This document shows, in pieces, positions 55,297 through 64,000 of a DNA stretch of 64,000 bases. The first letter of the stretch is position 1, and every line of letters begins with the position of its first letter. The notes under the pieces are model-generated. The model ran no database searches. It was not told the DNA's origin and saw only the letters and a program-made list of their open reading frames with translations. The position numbers and the translations under genes were made by a program. This DNA is from Octopus vulgaris. Lineage: Eukaryota. The stretch spans positions 14,570,001 through 14,634,000 of the forward strand of contig OX597816.1 of assembly GCA_951406725.2 (NCBI GenBank), in the 5' to 3' direction.

Positions 55297-55411
55297 AAAA
55301 TATGGAACGCTTCACGAATTTGCGTGTCATCCTTGCACAGGAGCCATGCTAAGCTTCTCCGTATCGTTCCAATTTTAGTGTATGTATTGCTTCGGCAATG
55401 CATATACTAAA
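55297..55411 (-). pseudogene. U6: U6 snRNA retro-pseudogene with rearranged 5' end
   Basis: The minus strand reads ...CACTAAAATTGGAACGATACGGAGAAGCTTAGCATGGCTCCTGTGCAAGGATGACACGCAAATTCGTGAAGCGTTCCATATTTT, which is the U6 body. The ACAGAGA box is mutated to ACGGAGA and the 5' stem-loop is inverted. Confidence 0.93.
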
Positions 55412-55841
55412 CTTTATACTGACATAATAGATGTGTATCTTTTGAATGAACGGCTAATGAAACAACCGATAGCCTGTAGAAAGCATCAATGCCAGAGTTA
55501 GGATAATCAGTGGAGATAAGAGTAATTCTTTTCCGTTTTCATCCTACGGTGAGCAATACTCATTGAGAGACCCAAGTTGCTATTTTTCTTATTTTAGGTG
55601 GTATACAGTGGCCATGGGGTTGGTACAATGGCCATTGATGTTGGTATCTAGTGTGTCATTGTGTTTTTTAAGAATGGATAGGTCGAAGCTATTCATCTAT
55701 ACATATAGGTGAAGAGGGGTTATTAATTTAGTCAAAGATTACAGCATACAAGCATCTTGAAAGAATTTCAAAAATATGTGTGTATGTGTGTGTGTGTGTG
55801 TGAATTTATGATTGTGTGTATATATGTATCTAAGAATATGC

Positions 55842-55874
<33 letters not shown>

Positions 55875-55900
55875 TGTATGTATGCATGCATGCATGTATG

Positions 55901-56252
55901 TCATTATCCTGTTTATTTCAAGATTTCTTGTCAATAGAGAAAGAGCCGGTTTCTAACCTAGATCCAAGGCTCCTTCATTGGAATTTCAACATCAACAACA
56001 GGGTATTTTTGTTTGTATGTATATATGTATGTATATGTGCAGATTTGTATGTTTTGCTATATATATGCATTCTCATGCATATAGTTACATAACTAGACAT
56101 GCTCGTATATATTTAAATGATAAACTTTTGGAAAGTTTTACAGATTTTCACAGTTCCAGCGATGGATTAGATCTGTAGTCTTCGGATTAACTTTCTCCTT
56201 TCTGCTTTTGAGAAGCCTAATTTCTCAAGATTGGTATTTAGGCGGTGTGTTA
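55901..56252 (-). mobile_element. R4/Dong-like 3' end, second copy
   Basis: Reverse complement of about 5957-6477, with (TATG)n on both sides. Confidence 0.75.
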
Positions 56253-56255
56253 CTG

Positions 56256-56289
<34 letters not shown>

Positions 56290-56307
56290 TGTATGTATGT
56301 ATGTATG

Positions 56308-56338
<31 letters not shown>

Positions 56339-56799
56339 GTATGTATGTATAATTACATACTTGCTTATAAATATTCCCATAAACAACCACTAGTCTGAAA
56401 AGGCTGCCACTTTGCATCTAAACAGTTATACATACATTAATATGCGACCATATAACTGTAGATATTCATATTAATGCTCCTACACATATTTCACAGGATG
56501 CTTAATTTCACTTGCTCTACAGAATAACATATGCACACACTTATACACATATATATACATAAACAGACACACATATACGAACGTGGACATGCACACACAT
56601 ACACGGGAGTATAAATAAATATTCAGCATGCAAATACAAGTACACACACGCAAGCACACACACACAGCACACACACGCAAGCACAGGCTCACAAATATAT
56701 AAGTACCCGTGTATATGTACGAGTATAAACTTGTAAATGGTGTTAAATTCTAGTTAAGAAGAAATAACAGAAAGATATTCGCATGCACAGACACAAGCT

Positions 56800-56982
56800 C
56801 ACACACACTCCCACGTATACATACCCATACATACGCACATGAATATATAAATATATACATACGCATTCGTATGTATATACACATACACACACATATATAT
56901 ACACACATACATACATATATATACGCACACATTCACACACACATATATACATACATACACATACATATATATATATATATAT

Positions 56983-57020
<38 letters not shown>

Positions 57021-57036
57021 GTTTATATATACATGC

Positions 57037-57067
<31 letters not shown>

Positions 57068-57166
57068 CATATATATATATACATGTGTATATATATACAT
57101 TATATACATAGGTATATATACACACACACATATATATATATACATAGATATACACACACACACGCG

Positions 57167-57226
<60 letters not shown>

Positions 57227-57296
57227 TGTACATACATACATGCATACATACATACATACATACATACATACATACATACATACATACATAGATACA

Positions 57297-57365
<69 letters not shown>
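56800..57365. repeat. Compound TA/CA/TACA tract
   Basis: Direct reading. Confidence 0.95.
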
Positions 57366-57366
<1 letters not shown>

Positions 57367-58374
57367 AGTAGGTAAGGTATACCTACCTAGCTTCATATAT
57401 TCGTAAACACGTATATTTATATAATTACTTCAGCTAGCATTCCGACGAACATCAGAAAACTATCAGCTCTGGATGTTCCTTCGGGATTCCCTGTGAAGAG
57501 TTTCAGTAACAGCTGCTCGTGGTATGTCAGTACACATAACGCATTCACTTACCTGTGAAATCAGTCGAATTAATTTATTTTGCTGCCACTGAAGAAGCGT
57601 GGATCTTTGGTCGAGGTATTTACCTCCACCTGCACTAGGTTAACTTACAGAAAAATTATGTTTTCATGTTAGTATCGCGTTATGTTTTTCATTATCATTG
57701 TATATTTGTTTTTAAGACTACACACTGCGTCACATCTGTTCGAGCTCCCACGCTGTAAACTAATCGGATGTAAGCTTAATGTTAGCGCGTCTCTACGAAT
57801 TGTTTTGCGCTATTTTGTCTGGGTCTGTATGCTATGTGTTTGAAGGGCATTGATGGCAACTCTAACTTTGATCCTTCCGATGTCGATGAAATACAGGACC
57901 AGTCAAGCATTAGGGTCCATGGTGTCATCGAATTTCCCCCCCCTTCAAAATTGTTTTATTGTTTTCCTTGCGCCTAAGTCAGAAACACTTAATGCTAGTT
58001 TTATGCTAGTTTTATATTTTATGGTATTGTTGCTGTTTTCTTATAGGTTTGTGACTTTTTAACCGAATGATTAGAACAGGTTAACAGGAGCTCATTGAGA
58101 TGATATTTATAGAATAACACAGAAACACTATGGAATTGAGAAATACCTATTTCTATTCGAGACTCAATTCAATGTCAATAATAGTTTCTAATTTAGACAC
58201 AGGACCAACAGTTTTGAGTGGAAGAATTAGTTGATACTACCAGGATCAATGCTTGATTGTTATTTCATTTCATGATCCCCGGATTTTACCGATGTAAATG
58301 AAATGAATTGATTCCAGTTAGATGTTCTGATCATGGCGGTGAGCTGGGCAGAATTGTAAGCATGTCGGATAATA

Positions 58375-58889
58375 ATGGCCTCAGTATTTTGGAGAAGATG
58401 CAAAAGACATTGTGTTTATTGTCTATCTTCAAAAGGGCCACACCATCAATGGAGAGTATTATGCCAACTTGTTGAGGCAATTACGAAATTCTATCAAGAC
58501 CAAATGTCCAGGGAGACTGACGAAAAGGATCTTATTTCATCGCGATAATTCTCCGGCACACAAGCTGTTGGTTTTAATCGCTGCTGTGCGTGACATGGCT
58601 TTGAACTGGTCGATCACTCTCCCTATTTTTCATATTTAACCCATCTGACCATCATCTGTTCCCCGACATTAAGAAAACACTAGCTTGAGTAATGATGACG
58701 TCATGTCTGTTGTTGGTGAATGTTTTGACTAACAGGATGAAAGCTTCTTCACCAAAAGCATCGAAGTATTGCACACCGATGGAAGAAACGTGTGGACCGC
58801 AAGGGGTACAATGTTGAAAAATAAACCTCGTTTGGTCACATTCTACAAGAATACTTTGGTCAGTCTATGAGCTTTTCAACTGAACCTCA
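58375..58889 (+). mobile_element. Decayed mariner transposon 3' half (DD34D catalytic domain remnant and 3' end)
   Basis: Peptides YLQKGHTINGEYYANLLRQLRNSIKTKCPGRLTKRILFHRDNSPAH, a frameshifted HxPYSPDLxPSDxHLF-like segment, and RWKK.VDRKGYNVEK*. The end is followed by TA. Confidence 0.88.
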
Positions 58890-59779
58890 TATTTCCTTAA
58901 ATGAGTATTCAGTCTCTGCACTAGTTTAAAGTTACGCAACGTTTCTATTTCCGTCTTATCATCGAGTTTATTGCGCAATTTCCATCAAAATATCGCCAAG
59001 TAAATCCGTCCAGCATTATTCAATGTTTAGTCATCTTACACAATGTCTTACTCGGTACTTGAACCAAGAATCCAGCGCTTGTGAAAACTTTTCAGCTTGT
59101 GATGCATCTTGAAACTTACATAAGAAAGCTATTTGAAAAATCCGAGACAAATCTGTCTGGCAAAATACCATTTACCTCCAACTGGTATCCAATGTTATAT
59201 ATTAAACGCTTGATAGTACTCAACAAGTTGAAAGTGTACAATTTCTTTGTCTGCTGGGCAAAAGTTAGAAATTCAAGAAATTGAGATATTTCCTTAAAAT
59301 AATTACAGACGATAAAAAACGTCTAAATGCATTCCTGTCATAGCATTTTATTAATTGCGCCATCTTCGTTCGTGAAGCTACTTGAGTGAATTCAAACATC
59401 TTGCAGTAACGTTATATTTTTGTTGTTGAAATGCTATTAAAACCGTTGCAAATTGTTCTTAAGAAAGAAAATTATGTAATACAGAAATTTATTTCAGCAA
59501 TAGTCTGAAATAGCATCAAATTATTGCGAGAAAAACGTTGTTGATAATGTGTTAATTAAAAAATAAAATAACGAGAACGACTTGTTTATAAAATGTTCGT
59601 GAAATATTGGATTAAAACGTATCAGAAAAAAAAGTAATCAATTTTTTAATTATTTATTGAGAACAGAATTTAACGCTGTGGAGTTCAACAGCAAAATCTA
59701 ATTGAGGTATCAATGGCTTATTTTCAAAACGAATTTGAAGGTGGATTATTTGGAAAGCGAAACTGAAGGAGGTATGAGA

Positions 59780-60120
59780 TAGGAATAAGTGTATGGTTAA
59801 GAAGCTCGCATTGCTACCACATGGTTTTGGGTTCAATCCCACTGCGCGGCACAGTCAGCAAATGTCTTTTTATTATAGCCCCAGACCGACCTCGTTGAGT
59901 GGTTTTAGTAAAAGGAAGCTGCAGGGAAACCCCCCCTCGTGATATATGTATGTGCTTGTCCAAACCGGTGCTGGTTTGTTTATGTTTCTATAGCTTAGCA
60001 GTTTCACAAAATAGGTACCAGACTTTAAAAAATAAATAAGTATTGGGGTAGATTTCTTGGATGAAACCCTTGAAGGCGGTGCCCCAGCATGACCACAGCC
60101 CAGTGACTGAAACAAAGGCA
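59780..60120 (+). mobile_element. SINE B, old diverged copy
   Basis: Degenerate head, with tail GGCGGTGCCCCAGCATGACCACAGCCCAGTGACTGAAAC. Confidence 0.7.
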
Positions 60121-60691
60121 AAGAGGAAGGAAGAAGTTTTATTGTTCTTTATCAATTTTGTCGAGTATTTCCATTGAATTTCTTTAAACATCTTGCTGCG
60201 TCTTGGTGGGGGTCATCGCGCTAAAAGTGATAACAGCACACACACTGGTTCAATATCCTTTCTTTATTGTTAGCCAGTCGGTTAAACATCTGTTTAGGTA
60301 TATCTTATCAAAAAGCAGTAAAGGCACAAATGAACGAAGAAATTATTTTCAATCAAGAAATAATTAATTTCTTATACTTTATAATTTTATTTTTAAAATT
60401 GACACGAGAGTTGATAATTGGTAAATGATCCCATCACTGGTCAAGAAGTTTGCTGACTCTCTGGCGTAGATAGATTTGAGAAGCAGCAGTTGTTATTGTT
60501 CTGATTTAGACTAGCCTTGGTCGAGCAGACCAATGTTTAAAAGCACTAGCGTAGCTACAATGTGTGCTGCCCGGGGCAGCCCTTCCGATTGCCGCCCCGG
60601 GACTCCACAAAAAACACATATTGCCTACAGCCGACCCAAAAGTGCCACCCAGGACGGAGAGCCCCTACCACCGCACTCCCTAGTTATTTCT

Positions 60692-60921
60692 TATTTCTTT
60701 ATTGCCCACAAGGGGCTAAACATAGAGGGGACAAACAAGGACAGACAAACGGATTAAGTGGATTACATCGACCCCAGTGCGTAACTGGTACTTAATTATC
60801 GACCCCGAAAGGATGAAAAGCAAAGTCGACCTCGGCGGAATTTGAAGTCAGAACGTAGCGGCAAACGAAAGACCACTAAGCATTTCGCCCGGCGTGCTAA
60901 CGTTTCTGCCAGCTCGCCGCC
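60692..60921 (-). mobile_element. SINE A
   Basis: Full-length match to the family. Confidence 0.88.
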
Positions 60922-61384
60922 TTCTGCCCTCCCTAGTTACGCTGGTGTTTAAAGGTGTTCCACATATGATCATCCTACCTAACTATATATCAATACTTAA
61001 TTGTTCTGTGTGTCGTTTTTTTCTAATGGTGTTAGTGAAGGATTTGAAGGAAATTTGACTGTTATTTCCATCTGGTCGAACGATGTTTTACAAGCTTCTT
61101 ATTCCTGTAAGCGACGGATTTGAGAAAAAGGGAGTCGAAGTTGGTAGATTGTACCCCAAGAGAGATGAAATGTAGCGACATATCTACTTATGATTTCGTG
61201 AGTTCAAGTCTCAGATTATAGAGAGAGGCATGTGATTTTTTTCTTCTTTTAATTCAAAGTATTGTCTTACTTAGAGTCAACTGCCAAATAGTTTATTTCA
61301 TTAACAAATTATATTGATTAGTAATCTATTAATTTATCTAAAAAAGAGCTGAGGGAAATAACATGTATCAGAAAAAATAGCATA

Positions 61385-61738
61385 TCTCTCTCTATATAAA
61401 GCTGAAGTTGTCTGTGTATGGCAGGTTTGGTAGCCTGCAACTAACACTATCTTCTCCGATACCCTGCGGCACAAGTTGACCAAAATTGAGAGTATGATAG
61501 AAGAAGGCTTGCTCTTCCTTCCGTAGAAGAAAAAATTCAAATCGGACCATGTTAACACCAAAATATTTTACAATATTTTGACTGCTGTGTCACCATTTCT
61601 CGGTGTATTTCAATCAGAAAAATGTTCACTTAAAGAGAATAACAAGCTACATAATGCAAAATTTTTACTTTTCAAAAATTCCAATTCTAAAGGGTCGAAA
61701 GGAAAACAAACCCGAGCAATGCCGGGCGATACTGCTAG
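61385..61738 (+). mobile_element. Non-autonomous Helitron, same 3' terminus, different body
   Basis: A|TC start; ends ACAAACCCGAGCAATGCCGGGCGATACTGCTAG|T. Confidence 0.75.
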
Positions 61739-62059
61739 TATACTGTTATTTGGAAGTCGTTGGTGATATCGAAGCATTCTATTAGCTCACGAGAAGTCGA
61801 AAAAGGGAAATAACTCGCGTAGGAAAAAGGGATAGGTTTTGGTGTTTCAGATAAGGGATTTACTAAATGACATGCGCAAAAAATTCTCAGTGAATTAACA
61901 TTTGCTTTTAATTGGTAAAAGAAAACAAAAATAATGTACCAGTCAAATGCCGAGTTTCGTGTAGTTTTTGTGTGTGTGTGCGTGTGTGTGTGTGTGTGTG
62001 TGCGTGCGTGTGTGTGTGTGCGTGCGTATGTGCGTGCGTGTATGTGTGTGTGTGCGTGC

Positions 62060-62106
<47 letters not shown>

Positions 62107-62119
62107 CGTGTGTGTGTGT

Positions 62120-62442
62120 GTGAAGGCACGCGGCTTAATGGTTAGGGTGTGCGGCTCACAATCGTAAGGTTGTGAATTCGATTCCCAGCGGCGCGCAATG
62201 TCCTTGAACAAGACACTTTATTTCACGTTGCTCCGGACCACTCATCTGATAAAAATTAACACTACCTGTATATTCAAAGGGCCAGCCTTGTCACACTCTT
62301 TGTCATCCAGGACCTTCTTGAGAACTACGTTAAGGGTTCGTGTGTCTGTGGAGTACTCAGCCACTTGCACGTTAATTTCCCGACGAGGTTGCTCTGTTCA
62401 TCGGATCGACTGGAACACTCGTCGTCGCTAACCGACGGAGTG
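62120..62442 (+). mobile_element. SINE C, full length
   Basis: Head, core and tail; it ends about 100 bp upstream of the exon acceptor. Confidence 0.85.
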
Positions 62443-62540
62443 TCGGTTTTGATTTAGTTTGGGATCTAATTAAATCTTCCCTTTCTTCCAAATTTCTGAC
62501 CAATTATTTTCATGTTTTTTTCTTTTCTTTATTTATTTAG

Positions 62541-62923
62541 ACGAACAAACGAAGAAACTACAGGAAGTACAAGAAAAGAACATCGAACTTGATTTGGAAG
62601 TCAAACAGCTTACAGAGGAGCTCACTACGGTTAAGGATGAATCAACCATCAAAGAAAATGAGTTATTTGCAGAACTTCATTCTTTACAAGAGAAATACAG
62701 CGTACTTTCAAACTTATTGGATATCGTCAAAGAACGAGCTGATGAGGCGGAGATGGAACTGGAAAAGTTCCGTTGCTCATCTTCAACACACTCAGCCCGC
62801 AGTGCTTCAAATGTCAGCGCCCTCAGTGACGCAAGCCTTGGCAGTGACGACGTATTTTTAGTGCCACGTTCACCAGGTAGCACTAGACCAGACGATGAAG
62901 TCGTCATTGATAAAGACTGGGAG
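62541..62923 (+). CDS. Internal protein-coding exon (phase 1 in, phase 0 out) encoding a coiled-coil followed by a Ser-rich segment; host gene unidentified
   Basis: A polypyrimidine tract and TTTAG acceptor end at 62540, and the donor GAG|GTGAGT starts at 62924. There are 127 stop-free codons from 62543: EQTKKLQEVQEKNIELDLEVKQLTEELTTVKDESTIKENELFAELHSLQEKYSVLSNLLDIVKERADEAEMELEKFRCSSS...DDEVVIDKDWE, with a heptad-like pattern. Confidence 0.88.
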
Positions 62924-62946
62924 GTGAGTAATGCAACAAAGCTTTC

Positions 62947-63384
62947 GGATCTTTTCGGTTTGAACGGCAGTTTTTTAAAATAATTCCCATGTAACTAAAC
63001 CCTTTTAAACTTCGTATGCTGGTAGAATGTGTTTATAAAACATCTTTTTCTCTTGGCTTTATTGAGAAAATTCTATAGTTTGTAAGATATTTGTTGTTGT
63101 TTTTTTTCTTCAATTTCTGCAATTTCAACCAATCAATGACGTCTATTGAAGGTGAAAACATTCTGTGCCGTATGAAAATGTCCCTCGTTTAAGAAACAGA
63201 TTGGGTTTATTTACATTTCTGAAGAAAAAAAGATACCCTTCCCCCACCCCTAACCCTAACTTTAACCCTAACCCTAACCCTAAAACAGATTGAAATGCAA
63301 TAGATCGATACTAGGGTCATAATTATGGGTGACAATTTCATATGACACCGTTAGAAAAAACTGCCGTTCAAACCGAAAAGATCC
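62947..63384. mobile_element. MITE with ~29-bp TIRs, internal (CCCTAA)n and 8-bp TSD
   Basis: Perfect TIRs; AAGCTTTC is duplicated at 62939-62946 and 63385-63392. Confidence 0.9.
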
Positions 63385-64000
63385 AAGCTTTCTTTCATTT
63401 ACGTTGTTGTTGTTGTTGTTGTATGTCGGTAGGGTCATTACGCCAATAATAAACACGCGCACACAACATTAAGAACCTTACAAACGAAATACAAAATCGA
63501 AACGTTTATTCATTTCCTTTTTTCATTTCTTTAAATTGTTTTCTTTACTCCACGTTTTTTCCTTTTCTCTTCTTTCTCGTTCTTTTCTTAAGCATCCTCT
63601 CTCATTCCCTTCTTTTTCTTCGACACTATCCTCTTGTCTTTGTTCTCCAACTCCCTTTTTCTTTGTCCTCTTTTTCTTCTACTTTCGCTCCTCTTTCTCT
63701 TTATTCTTTTTGTATTTCTTTTATCTCAACTCTTTCCCTCTTCCCTTTCCTTCTTTATCTCTTTTATCTTATTTCTTTCCCTCCTAGTTTTTCCTCTCCC
63801 CTAATTAATCTCCACTTTTTCTACATTCCTCCTCATTTATCTCCCTTACCTCTCTCCTCTTTTCTCCACCATTTTCTTTTCATTTCTCTCTTTACCCTTT
63901 TACTCGTTTACTTGCTTCACTCATTTGACTGTGGCCATGCTGGAGCACCGCCTTAAGTCGAAGAAATCGAACCCAGGACTTATTCTTTGTAAACCTAGCA

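Noticed and set aside
55297-55411. Functional U6 gene
   Set aside because: The ACAGAGA box is mutated, there are several other substitutions, and the 5' end is rearranged.
57439-57570. ATTCCGACGA...GAAATCAGTCGAAT as a hammerhead with a very long stem II
   Set aside because: The core is incomplete and the intervening pairing is unconvincing.

Overview
This is AT-rich eukaryotic genomic DNA, almost certainly animal. The SINE families and the extreme microsatellite load point to an octopus/coleoid cephalopod (inference). Almost the whole window looks intronic or intergenic. The only well-supported host coding sequence is one internal + strand exon (62541-62923) encoding a coiled-coil segment. 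The rest is microsatellites and mobile DNA: several tRNA-derived SINE families, 3' ends of CR1-like, R4/Dong-like and probable L1/Tx1-like LINEs, a decayed mariner, a hAT remnant, MITEs, non-autonomous Helitrons and a U6 snRNA pseudogene. The most notable hidden signal is a set of more than a dozen type-I hammerhead-ribozyme-like motifs. They are carried by short Penelope-like terminal repeats parked in (TA)n tracts, and several form back-to-back palindromes or have family-wide non-canonical cores. Other highlights are a ~375-bp inverted duplication of otherwise unique sequence, a fold-back U6 copy, SINE/LINE shared tails and microsatellite-specific insertion families. The six-frame ORFs are nearly all low-complexity artefacts. 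All alignments were done by eye, so coordinates may be off by a few bases.
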